From Cycas panzhihuaensis (Eukaryota; Plantae; Cycadophyta), in the NCBI GenBank assembly GCA_023213395.1, contig CM041465.1, positions 45,453,741-45,517,740 on the forward strand: a DNA stretch of 64,000 nucleotides, in the 5' to 3' direction. Numbering within the stretch: position 1 is the first letter of the stretch; every line of letters starts with the position of its first letter. Under the pieces are notes generated by a model. The model worked only from the letters and a program-made list of their open reading frames with translations, was not told where the DNA came from and did no database searches. A program made the position numbers and the translations under genes. Positions 1 to 12,066 of the stretch are shown piece after piece.

Positions 1-2330
1 AGACATAAAGTATATTCATTCATAGATAGTTTCATTGGATATAATCAAGTTAGAATCATAGAATACCGGTTGAAGATGACCTTTATTATAGAGTGGGGGA
101 CTTTCGCATATACAATCATACCCTTTAGATTTATGAATGCATGGACCACCTTCTAAGGGATAATTCTGAATATTTTTTGACAAGTAATTGGTAAGTCAAT
201 TGAAGTATTTTTAGATGATTAGATAATTTATTCATTACTAAAGGATCATTTGGAAAATCTATGATTGATGTTAGAAATATGTTGAAAAAGTAAATTTTGC
301 TTGAACCTAGCAAAATGTATATTTATAGTTCCCTCGAATCTTTATTGGGACATATTATGACTAAGGAAGGACTATGAATAGATTCAAATATAGTAGAAAT
401 TATTTTAATTTTTTTTGCACTAAAGACAATGAAGCAGGTAAAGGTTTTTCTTGGTATGACAGGTTATTGCTATAAATTCATTAAGGGATACATATAGATT
501 ATAAACCCTCTAGATAATTTGCTCAGAAAGAAATAATTTGGTGATAGGAACTGTGGTAGCAATTAGTATTTAATTTATTAAAGAAAAAAATCATAAAAGC
601 TCCTATTTTGAGATTTCCAAATTGGGACTTCCCATTTCACATACATGTTAATACTTCATTGATTACAATTAGATGTGTCTTAACTAAACCAGGCAACATT
701 AACATGGATTTTCCCATTTATTTTACTAGTAGGAAATTAATGCATGCTGAACAAAACTATTCAATTACTAAAAGAGAAAACTTAGGCATGGTTTATGCTT
801 TAAAAAAATTTAGATATTATCTATTAGCCAACCCATTTATCTTCTATGTGGATCATTAGGCCTTAAAATATTTGATAAACAAGCCCATTTTGTAAGGTAA
901 TATGAGTAGATGGTTGATGCTATTTCAAGAGTTTAATTTCAATATTATTGTCAAGAAAGGAGAATAACATATTATACCTAATATACTATTGAGGGAACTA
1001 GATGGTAAACCAACTACATGAGTGCCAAATGATTTTCTTAATACTCAATTATTTTCTGCGGAGGCTATATCAAAATGTTACAAAGGGATTGCAGGGTACT
1101 TATCTACTGGCCAAATACCTAAAGGTTTAGAACGAGTGGAACGACAAAGTTTTATTCATAAAACTTTTCCCTTCCAATTGATATGAGGAATATTATATAA
1201 GCTTGACTAGATGGTGTGTTGAGATGATGCATACTAGAACATAAAGTACAAGGCATCCTACGAGAAGCTCATGAAGGAGTCATAGTTAAACATTAAGGCA
1301 TGGAACCCACAATTCAAAAAATTCTATTAACAAGTCTCTAATGGCTATTAATGTTTGAAGATATTGTGAAATAGATAAAGAGTTGTGACATCTACCAATT
1401 AGTGGGTAAACCCGACATGTGTCATGTTATACCCTTACATCTAATTCTAGCATAAGCACCCTTTGAGAAATGGGGATTAGATTTCGTTAGACTGATAAGT
1501 CATCCTATAAAGTGGGTGAATACTAGATACATATTAGTAGCTATTAATTTCTTTACAAAATAGACGAAAGCCTAAACCTCATACAATGTGATGCTATAAG
1601 TACCACAAAGTTTTTATATGAAAATATTATTATCCATTTTGGTTATCCCTTAAAATTAGTATTAGATTAGGGTAGTAGTTTTTTAAATAGTACGATAAAA
1701 CATTTAACTAATGAATTTATAATTTAGTATTATCAATCTTCTCCTTATTACCCTAGAGCTAATGGCCAGGTTGAGAATACTAATAAAATTTTGAAAATAA
1801 CTCTATCTAATATCTATAGTGAAGGAAGAATGGATTGGGTAAAATGATTACATTTTGTCCTTTAGGCAAACTAGATAACGATTAAACAACCATATAAGTA
1901 GACATCCTTTTAGTTGGTTTACAACTTAGAAGTGATACTTCCATTGGAATTCTAAGCAGAAAGCTTTTGGGTAGTCATCTAGTTATAAATAAATAAATAG
2001 GACTCATGGAATAAAATGATCATTGAGTTTCTAAATCTAGATGAAAGAAGAGTGCAAATATTATGGGAATTAAAGATCAAGAAACATCAACAAAAAACCT
2101 AGCATGATCAATACTTATAGTTACCATAATTTTATGAGGGTGACTTGGTGTTGATATACAATAGTAAATTTCAAACAAAACTAGGTAATTTGAAATTATA
2201 TTAGTTAGGGTCATATAAGGTAATTTACATCAATAAGAATAGGGAAATCCAACTTAGACAACTTGATGGCAAGATTCTTTTGAAGGTGGTAAATGGTAGT
2301 AGGTTGAGTCCATACACAGTGAGATTAAAA
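1..2330 (+). mobile_element. Degenerate Ty3/Gypsy pol (RT, RNase H, integrase), running off the 5' edge of the window
   Basis: Manual translation gives YSFIDSFIGYNQV..TFIIEWGTFAY (RT), EVFLDD (~205), ORF 608-859 FHIHVNTS..AEQNYSITKRENLGMVYALKKFRYYLL (RNase H), REAHEG..CDIYQ, APFEKWGLDFV (~1460), SPYYPRANGQVENTNK (~1740) and a GPY-like LGSYKV (~2205). RT-RH-INT order is Gypsy. Many stops. Confidence 0.93.
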
Positions 2331-2749
2331 GAAAAAAAATGATGAAAAACATATAGTGGTAATTGTTGTTATCATCAATAGGCAAACCCATGAGGAGATA
2401 GTTAAGGATGTGATAAACATTAAGGTCAAATAGCAATTGCCAAATCATTCAAATGCAGTCCCATGATGGGTATAATTAAGGTCGCAATCAATGAAATATT
2501 TGCCTCCTCATCAAAAGATGGACCCACAATGGAGTAATTAAGATGGTGCATGGCATCGAATCCTAAAAGGATATGGAAGTGACCATTATCAAAGAATGAA
2601 GTAATCATAATTTAAAAGGGTTGTCTTTCCATGATTATGACAAGACAAGAGAAGACGAGCAATTAAATGTGAGTTGTTACGGTAATTTCTTTAAATAAAA
2701 GTAACCATAATATTGCCAAAACTACAACCACAAGAGAACTAGTGCCATA

Positions 2750-3350
2750 ATGGCAATCACAGGATTAGAACAAATGACAGTTACATTTAGGGAATTTAAT
2801 AATGAATCAATCCAATGACAATGGCTAGAAATACAACCAAAAGATAAGTGTAGAAAGAGATTAACTATAGTAGGATTATACTAGTACATTTAGGTTGGTG
2901 TTCTTTCAAATGTATACAGTTTTTTTCCATTGCATGGGTCATGGGATTACCAAATTAGAGTCTAGATATTCTAAAGTACAAATAAATTTCTAAGGAGTAG
3001 GTGTCATATGAAATGGAAGCTAAAGAATCTACTGTCTCTAGCTAAGGAGTCAAAATTTTAGGGATAACATTCCCAAAAATATGATAGATAGTGCATTTCT
3101 TATTTACTAGAGTGGTACTTAGGCAAAAGAATTCCTATGTTCCAAGTCCCTTACACACTATGTTGATAAGGGTTATAGAGGAACAATAATTTAATTGGGC
3201 TATATTTGTTTCTACTATGATTTTGAAGAATGTAGAAGCAGTTAAAACTACTACCTAATTTATTTTATTTTTCTATCCTACCTTGTTGTAAGGATTATTA
3301 TTCTCATAATGCTCAAATATTCAATTTTGAGAGTTAGAAGAGGGATAACC
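2750..3350 (+). pseudogene. Possible decayed extra ORF downstream of Gypsy pol
   Basis: Protein-like fragments (MAITGLEQMTVTFREF..; FNWAIFVSTMILKNVEAVK) at the position where non-chromovirus Gypsy elements often carry an extra ORF. No family recognised. Confidence 0.3.
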
Positions 3351-4684
3351 CCTACTAGAAAAATGGATAGAGTTATTCGTGAGGGAGCATGGATAAGGCT
3401 CTTCACTGCTTAAATGATTATAAGAACATTCTATGTCTTGGCTTCGACAATAGTGGCAAGTTACTACTCCTTGGAAGTGCACCTCGGGGGGGTGGGGGGG
3501 GTTACCAAATGCAAGGAGATTAGGCCTATATAATCAATAATCATGGGGCTAAGGATCTTTAAAAGCAAGGGAAACAACTACCCAAAAAGGGCATCTGTAT
3601 GTTGAAACATAGGTTCAAGGACCCGTGAATGCACACAAACTTCCCCTATGGTGAGCACCTCTCAGATTCAAGATAAGCAAGGCAGGTTTCCTCTATTTGT
3701 TGAGTAGCCTCAAGGGACCCTTCTATCTTGGATGGCCAAGGAAGGAGGATTGAAATGGGGGGACACCTTTCCCAAGAAAGGGGAAAGAGAAGAGGTAGAC
3801 CCTAATGGAAGAAGAGGGTACCTACAACCAAGAAATGGGTAACTGGTAACAAAGTCACAAAGGGGAAGTAGAAGAGGACCAACTTCCAAAGGGAAGTGAG
3901 ATGAAGTGATGCCTTACCAAATAGGGAGAGGAGGACCTTAAGGAGGATGTCCTTAAGGTATCAACACCCTAAGCGAATGGATAGGTATGCAAGGGTTATG
4001 TAATGCATCTTTTATTTTGTTTTATGGTTAAACAGGTAGTGTTGTGAATTATTAATATGTCTAGTTTATATTTGAAAAAAGGAACAACAACTCTCTCTCT
4101 CTTTGCCTTTTATAAGTGTCAAAGGAAATAAGTAAGCAAGAATTGTAGATAGAGAATGCAAAGGTTAATACAAGCTACCCTGGTAATAAGCGGGAAAGAG
4201 GATAGGTTGGAGTACAACGACTCGCAACCTTTTGCACTCCAACACTAGCGGATATGAGAGTCAAGCGATGAGAATGGGGATGAAGATGCAACCAGTGGGA
4301 TCAATAGCTATGCATGCAAACTCACTATCCTTCCCCATATATAATCAAACCAAATAAGTAATGAACAATAAAAATGCAAAACTACTTTTTCTTTTGTTCT
4401 TTCTTTTCTTCCTTTAGGAGTAAGGGGGGGAAAGGAATGAGTGAGAAAAGAGAGTAAAAGGAATGCACCTAGAACCTAGACGATTGGTGTAGAGGCTCTT
4501 TTTCTTTCCACGCAATACACTTCTGTCCACCCAAAGTTCCTTTTCGCAATCAATGTTGCGAGAAGAACACTAGCGAGGCTTCCTTATCTTCTCCAAAGAT
4601 AAAGTACAGAAAGAACTAAAAGAAAAAAAAAGAGTTACTCATAATAAAATTTCAAAGCAATGTAATGATAGTGAGAGAAGTGTG

Positions 4685-4902
4685 TGTACCTATTATAAGG
4701 AACTTTGATCGCTCCAAAGAGGATGAAACCTGCACAACAAGCTACTTACCCTTTTCCAAAGGCACTAGACATACATGGGAGCAAGCATATATATATATAT
4801 GCTTGCTCCCATGTATGTCTAGTGCCTTTGGAAAAGGGTAAGTAGCTTGTTGTGCAGGTTTCATCCTCTTTGGAGCAATCAAAGGTCCTTATAACAGGTA
4901 CA
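4685..4902. repeat. 218-bp near-perfect palindrome (inverted repeat, no spacer) centred on (AT)7
   Basis: Base i pairs with 9587-i. The inner ~83 bp of each arm is perfect, with 3 mismatches in the outer part. An imperfect (TA)n tract follows at ~4903-4938. Confidence 0.97.
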
Positions 4903-6335
4903 TATCTATATCTATATATATATATATATACATATATATGCTTATCAAAAGAAACAAGGAAAGTGATCTCATGTAAATATCCTTAAAATAAGCACCATAT
5001 ACAATGTTAACTTCACCTATTATGCATGTAAAGTGTTCTAATGATTATAGGAAAAAGGGATAAAAGTAAGAAAGAAAGGTAGCCTCAGAATGGCTAATCC
5101 TCCAAATGGAATGTCTCCACATATCTAAGCACTCAAACCAGTGGATCAAGAAAGAATCTAAGTTCCTCTAATAGTAAAAAGGACAAAAAAATTTGTATAT
5201 GGAAAATGTTGCAAAAGGTAAAAATACTACAAATGTTACAAAAGTTGCAATATGTAACTTTTACAAGATTTATAAAAGTAGAGCTGAAACTATGTGAATC
5301 ACAAGGAGATGCTTCTAAAAACTAGATTTCACAAAGGCATGAAGGCTGGGTGCAAGCATAGTAAGATTGATTAAGAAGTGAGTCATGTATAAAAGAATTT
5401 CTAGGTAAAACAATATTACAAAATATAAGAGAATATATATGGGTTGTTTCAAGATGATAAAATAAAGAAGAATTCAAAGCCTATAATATTTTGGCTTTAG
5501 TAGGTGGAGAATTGAAGATATGTACATGGAAATATATAAATCTAAATAATAAGGTTACAACACTTTATTAGTGAAGTATTCTTTGAATAAGAGATGGATT
5601 GTAGTGATCCCAATCTATTAAGGAGAAGTTAATTTTATTATTATTATTAGTGAGTTGGTATTTTTAAATTAATATGAAGTTAATTTTTATTTTAAGAAGT
5701 TAGTATTTTATTATTAATATTATTATTGAATTTAGTTTTTTAATAGAGAACCATATTGGCACTTATAAATAAGGGATATCCTTATTTTATTATATAAGTT
5801 TTATTTTTAGATTAATCTTAATTTTATTTAGAACTTGGTGCCTAGGGTAATTTTGTGTATTTAGCTTTCCTTTTTATTTGAGGAAGTAGATCAAAATTAG
5901 GAACACATTCTTTATATACATAATAATATATTTAATAAAAGTTATAGTACATAAAAATGAAAAGATAAATTTAATTCTTTAGATTCTCTATAATTTAAGA
6001 ATTTATAAATTTATAAATGTACTTATAAATCTCATAGAAAGAAAAGAGAATAACTGGTATGCATGCCAAAGGTGTATGGTTAATCTATTATGATGTATAT
6101 GAGTTATGTAAATAGATGAATTACAAGTTTATTAATTCTTGTGTTCCTTTTATTTACAATTTATATATGCTACAATAGAAACCAAATTATATTTTAATAA
6201 ATATAGTGTGAATGATATAGAAGAAACCCTAAATATATGATAAAATTTACTATTTATTATCCTTCCTCCTATGGTAAGGATGGATAGTATTTCCTCTAGC
6301 AAGAATGTAAAGGAAGACTTAATAAGGCCCAAATA

Positions 6336-6480
6336 GCTCTGATACCAAATGTATTTTTTATAGGAAAAAAAAGTAGGCTCAAATAGCTCTGATACTAAAT
6401 GTAGGAAATAAAATGTAGCCCCAAGTAGCTTTAATACCAGATGAAGGAAAATAATGGAGCTAAACCAAGCTCTGATACCA
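6336..6480 (-). repeat. Tandem PBS/LTR-end array at the 3' LTR of element A (4 PBS copies)
   Basis: gctctgatacca-like 12-mers at 6336, 6386, 6428 and 6469 (reverse complement TGGTATCAGAGC, complementary to the tRNA-iMet 3' end), each adjacent to 2 nt + TG. Confidence 0.95.
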
Positions 6481-7149
6481 AATGAAGGAAATAATATGTA
6501 AAGAGAACATGACAGAACATGAATCTAATAATCAAAACTCAATAGATCAATGTAGCATGATAGTATAAACAATAATCATTATATATTCAATCCATTGTGA
6601 TAGAGAAAGCTTTACAAATTTCCCAATATAGGCAGTGTCTTAAGACATCAAGGTTGCACACCCCTCAATATTGATAATTTTGGGGGAGAAGGGAAACTCG
6701 TCAACCCCTAAAATTTAAATTATAATAAAATAATATAAAGTTAACTTAAAGTAGACTTAACTCAAATTAACATTAACTTACCTACACATGTTGAGAACCC
6801 ACATGTGTAAATTAAGAAAGATGAGGTGTGCTCCCTTGGTTGGAAGGTGGGAGTGGAGTGATGACTATTAAGTCTAACATTCTCCCCCTTAATGGTCATC
6901 ACGAACACTTGTATCTTCTCTTTGAACTTATAGAACTTGTACTTGAAAAAAATTTTAAAATATATCCTTTAACTTGATCTTTATCAACTCGCTTTATCCT
7001 TATAGCAACATGTGTCCTTCTATCATAAAGTGGTAAAAAAAATCTATAATTGAATGAAGCTTGATTTATACAAAAATGAATAGCTACAACTTTGACTTTA
7101 ACTTCTAGAAATTTAACTTTAACTATCATATCATTAGGTCTCTTTCTTG

Positions 7150-7240
7150 TCATATCATAAGATTCATTCTCTGATATGTCATAAGATTCTTTCTCTATCA
7201 TATCATAAGATTCATTCTCTGTCATATTATAAGATTCATT
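7150..7240 (-). repeat. ~21-bp tandem repeat x4 (ENESYD-like) in the 3' tail of element A
   Basis: ataagattc unit repeated; ORF 6899-7225 reads TENESYDMIEKESYDISENESYDM. One clear unit in element B (~23105). Confidence 0.85.
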
Positions 7241-7384
7241 CTCCCCCTCAAATAGAGGATCAAGTACTTGTGTAGCAAGTTGGTCCTATATTTGATCTGA
7301 ATCTCTATTGGTTTTGTCATTACAATTCATGTGTTCTATCACATATCTCACATGCTCATTAAAAACAACATCAAATACATTAAG

Positions 7385-7645
7385 AGTATCTCCCCAATAA
7401 GTGGAAATCAAAATATCCCAAATGGATTTAAAAGTAGTTAATTCATAAACTCTAGAAACAACATCATCATTTATAATGAAAAATAATAAACCTAAAACTT
7501 CATTATCTTTTCTAAAATTTTCTTTAATACTAAGATCATATTCATGTTACAAATATTTCTAAAGATTATGTTTAATAAAATAGTCTTGCATAGTCTTGTG
7601 CCATAGTGAAAAATTGTGCCCATTGAATATAGAAAATTATGTCAT
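7385..7645 (-). pseudogene. Copia gag N-terminal remnant (element A)
   Basis: IFNGHNFSLWHKTMQDYFIKHNL..KDNESLGLL..TTFKSIWDIL, matching the Copia gag start pattern (F.G.N...W; A/S..W..L). Confidence 0.8.
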
Positions 7646-10600
7646 TTTATCAAGAAAAACTTTAGTACATAAAAGGTATGCTTTTACCAAGTCAAAAGGT
7701 CAATAAACCAATGAATATATATGGTTTCAAATAAACTTTTTGAAGGAGATGTAATACCCTTTAAAAATGAATGAACTAAATGCAACCTTTATAGGTGCAA
7801 CAAGGAAATAAACATTTCAATAATGATAAATGCTTTCAATATATGTATGCCTTTGGAATAAACTTAGAAATATGATGAATATATATGTAGATTTGAATGT
7901 TCTTTAACTATACAAATCTGAAATAAACTTTGATGATAAAAAAAATCCTTAACCTTTTGATTTTCTTCAAATGAATGAATACAACCTTTACTGCAATAAA
8001 TCATTTGCCTTGATAATAATATATAATGATGAAACTAAAATGTATATGAATATTTTCAATTTGAAATATAACAAATATGAAGAAACGTTTAAACAAAAAA
8101 GTATTGTACTCCTTAAAAGAAAGATTTAAAGGATAACCTCAAGTTTAGCAGCTTCAAAGTTGTGCTAAATAGTATTAGAATAAGATAAAATTTTACCAGT
8201 ATGAAGATTAATAAAATATATATCCAATGGAACTAATCATTTTAAAAACACATTCCTACAAGTCAAATTTTGATGAATCAAAGGTACAAGCCTCTTTTTT
8301 AGGCTTAACAGGAGCACAAAGCTCAAAATAGTATAAAAATGCCAATAAAACATTTGTAGAAAGATGTAAAATGGTCACATAAAGTTTGGAGAGCTTCTTA
8401 ATATATTTTTAGCTAAAAAGTTTTTAAAAATATATATAAAAATATGTAAAAATGGAAGATTTAAGGTAATTAAGTACCTCTGCTTTAATGCTTTTCAAAA
8501 TCAGTAAAAACACTTCAAAACTTACAAAAAATAATGTCAGTTCAAAGGGGAATTAAATTCTAATACAAAATAAAAAAGTTATAGCAGAAATAGTAGCAAG
8601 TATCTTTATGGGAATATGTTTAACAAGTACTAAAAAATACTAAAGTGCCACTTTCAACGATTAAAATAATGATCAAAATAAATTCTAAAAATTAAAATAA
8701 ATAGTTGGTAATAAAGTTTGTTGAAAGTAGATCACTATAGAATAGATCCAAGTAGAAAATAATCTCCCAGTAGAAAAATATAATCAGTTGAAAAAGTGAT
8801 TTTATAAAAAAATTTAAAAATGTTTAAAAAATGACAGATTGATTTTAAATCAACTGAAACGAGGTCAAATAAGGTCCAAATGGGTCATATGTCTAGTCAA
8901 AATCGATCTACGAAAATTTTCTGACATAATGAAACTAGTTTCGTCAGAAACTGATGATCCAATGAGGAGTTACGATAAAAATTTGCTAGTAACCCTATGT
9001 AAAATAAAAAAATTTTAAAAAATAAAAGGAAAAAAAGGTTAAAAACTTATGTTGGCCCATTTTAAGTAATGTTAAGGGTCACGTGAGAATGATGGTGACC
9101 AGGGGCTAAGAGTTGTTAAGGGGGCTAGGGTTTGAAACCTAGAATCTAAATTTTATGCAATTTAATTTAATTTTTTTAAACTTTAAAAATTAAAATTAAA
9201 ATTAAAAAAAGTTTGAATTTTGTTTTAAGAATGGGCCACCGTGGACCTGCAAAATTGCCGTTGCACAGAGCTTCTGCTGCCTGCACCTCCTATCACGTGC
9301 CTTGCATGCGGAGCCATGGAACCAGTTGTCATCGCTACGTTGAGGAGAGTGCACATGCTAGAGAGGAACGATGCTTAGAGGGGAAGATATACCAAGTGAA
9401 TCACCAATGGGAGACGCACTTTGTAAGGCTCGGTCGAATTATATTGAATTGAATTGAACTATACTGGGGTGTCGTTAAGGCCAACTAGCCACCATTGCAG
9501 TAGTACTACAATCGATGGAACAAGTAATGTATACGTAGTGGAGTGCTAGATATGGAAATGATGACCTAGCCAGACGGAAACATTTGTAGTTAGTAAAATC
9601 AGGCCTAAACCATAGGAATGGAAGAGCCAAGACGATGATCTATGTGGTCTGGTATTGAGAATAGCACTCTGCACAAGGATCACCCTTTGATATGTTATGC
9701 AGAATCTGAATGATAGAGTCAGAACACTCTCCACTATGTTTAAATAATCGTTTCGATCAATAATATCAATCATGAGGATATCTATGTATACATAGATATG
9801 AAGGGAAGTGGTGGGGGACTGAAGGCTATCATGTATGGTAGCAATTTTGGGAGTATTTCAGTGTCAAAAATAGGCAGTTTTACATAGGATAGGCTAATAA
9901 ACAGAGAGTAGAGACTGTAACACAAAGAGCAATGCGCAGAGAGATTGGCAGTGCAGGATGGAGGGTCGTGCCTGAATGAAGTGAGATATACAAAGTAGGC
10001 AGTTTTGGCCAATGATGAGTGCTTTGTATGATCAACTTATTATACAAGGAATGCTTTATATTTTATTTCTAGATTTAAACAAATCTTGATATTTAAGAAG
10101 TATCAATGCAACATTTCAAAGTTATGTTGGCACTACTTTATTAAGGAAGAAATGAGCAAATGAAACTTTTGGTGTGCGGTTTAAAGATTCTGATCACTCA
10201 ATGGCTGTCAAGTTTGTACATTTGTTATTAAATCATATGGAGACTAATTTTTGGGTAAGATTATTTGAGCATGATGGTTTGGCCGATGAAACAGAGAATC
10301 TGATGATTAAGTTAAAGTTTTTTTTTCTTATAAGCTTCAACCTTTCTTAATACGCAATGGCCTATCAATACTTTTCATGCAGAGACCAGCTACTTATAAG
10401 AAGTTATTTTCTAGTATATTATTGTCAATTTTTTATATATGAATTTTCTATTTTTCTTCTCCCTTATTAAAGTATAGAGCTTCTACTATACAAGATTTTG
10501 TGCTTTTAGTTTGCTCATGTACACCGGTTATGTGCTTTATGCTTTCCCTTCAAAAGGATTTTATTTACACCATTTAAATGTCTTTCTACTTGGTTTCAAT

Positions 10601-11930
10601 CTACTTTGGGCTGTAAGCACATATATGTTCAATGCAATTTTTATCTTCTCAAGGAAGGAATGATGAGATAGTAACAACAAAGTGATTGCATATATTTATT
10701 GACTATTATAATGGTGAATGCACTATGAACAAGAAATATCAATTTCAGAAATATTCTACCAACAACAATAAACACAACTTGACAAAAATGAAACTTGATT
10801 TATATGGTTGTTTTTGTGTTACAATAAAACCATAATGAACCAAGAAATTTTTAAATATTTTGAAGAGAGTATATCAGAAAAAATGCATATGTACTTGTAT
10901 TTAAAATTTTTCAAAATATGTGAAGCAGATATATCACAGAAATGAGAAATATATGTTTTAGATATGAAAAAAATATGAGAAACCTGGTAAACAATTGTAG
11001 CAGACTTCTTCAAACTTTTAAATGCATTCTCTAGTAGACAAATCTATTGTATATACTTCTCCAGAAGACTGAATATTCCCCAAAAATTGTAGATCTATAA
11101 AAAACTTGAAGAAATGATCAAATATATGTTAAAAAAATATAGATCTAAACTAAATGTTATAGATCTGCAATAAATATACCAGAAAATATTGAAATAATTG
11201 TTAAAATAAGCATATATAAAATAAGACTTAATAAATATTATGGATTTTAAGCTAAATATTATAGATCATATGTAAGTATAGCATATCTAAAAAATATAAG
11301 GTAGAAAATGGTGAAATATTTAATAAAATAAGTAAATCTAAAAAATATGTGGCAAATCTGAAGAATATTTAGCAGATCTGAAGTAGACTATAGCAAATCT
11401 TGAAGAAAACTAATATGAATATTACATGTAGTTGAAAACCTTTATATATCTGAGAAAATATTAGATAAATAGACAGAAATATTCTTGAAAAATGCCAAAT
11501 ATATGATAAAAAATATAGATCTGAAGAAATATAACTTAAATTTAAAAAAACTCTTAAATAAATATTGTATGTAGCTAAAATTCTATGCAGATATAAAAAG
11601 ATATAAGATAAATAGATAAAATATGCTTGAATATTTGATAAAATATATAACTTATTGATAAAAAAAACTCTTGTAGAGTGATAAAACTTGATATTTTATT
11701 ATTTTCAGCTATACACCTACATAAATCTTGAGGAAATCTAAAATATCTTTGTTATAACATAAGTATATCTTCAAGAATAAATAGATCTATAATAAAAATA
11801 TAAGAATCTGCTGAAAAAACTTACAGAAAATAAATATTACAAATCTTTCTTGCTGTGAGTAAATCTACCTCAAGATGCTAATAAATCTTGTTACTCTTCT
11901 TCAAAAACTTCAACAGGCTAGCAATCGTCT

Positions 11931-12066
11931 GCTTTGATACCAAATGTAATAAAATAAAGTAGGCCCAAATAGCTCTGATACCAAATATAGGAAATAAAAT
12001 ATAGTTCCAAGTAGCTCTGATACTAGATGAAGGAAAATAATGGAGCTAAACCAAGCTTTGATACTA
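11931..12066 (-). repeat. Tandem PBS/LTR-end array at the 5' LTR of element A (3 internal copies plus the boundary PBS)
   Basis: PBS-like 12-mers at 11931, 11972, 12014 and 12055; spacing 41, 42, 41 bp. Confidence 0.95.

Noticed and set aside
3484-3502. G-rich run as a G-quadruplex or Gypsy PPT
   Set aside because: Plausible PPT, but no second LTR is available to confirm it, and homopolymer length is unreliable.
3999-5559. TGTAAT..GTTACA-bounded solo LTR
   Set aside because: No TSD and no second copy in the window.
6336-6480. CRISPR array (short repeats at regular spacing)
   Set aside because: The repeat is the 12-nt tRNA-iMet PBS, the spacers are homologous to each other, the context is eukaryotic LTRs and there are no cas genes.
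9778-9799. 22-bp perfect palindrome atatctatgtatacatagatat
   Set aside because: Short and AT-rich, with no supporting context.
9541-10310. Box C/D snoRNA cluster (ATGATGA at 9558 and 10012, several CTGA, nearby telo-box)
   Set aside because: No convincing C/D pairing with a terminal stem at the right spacing and no rRNA guide I could verify. A covariance-model scan would settle it.
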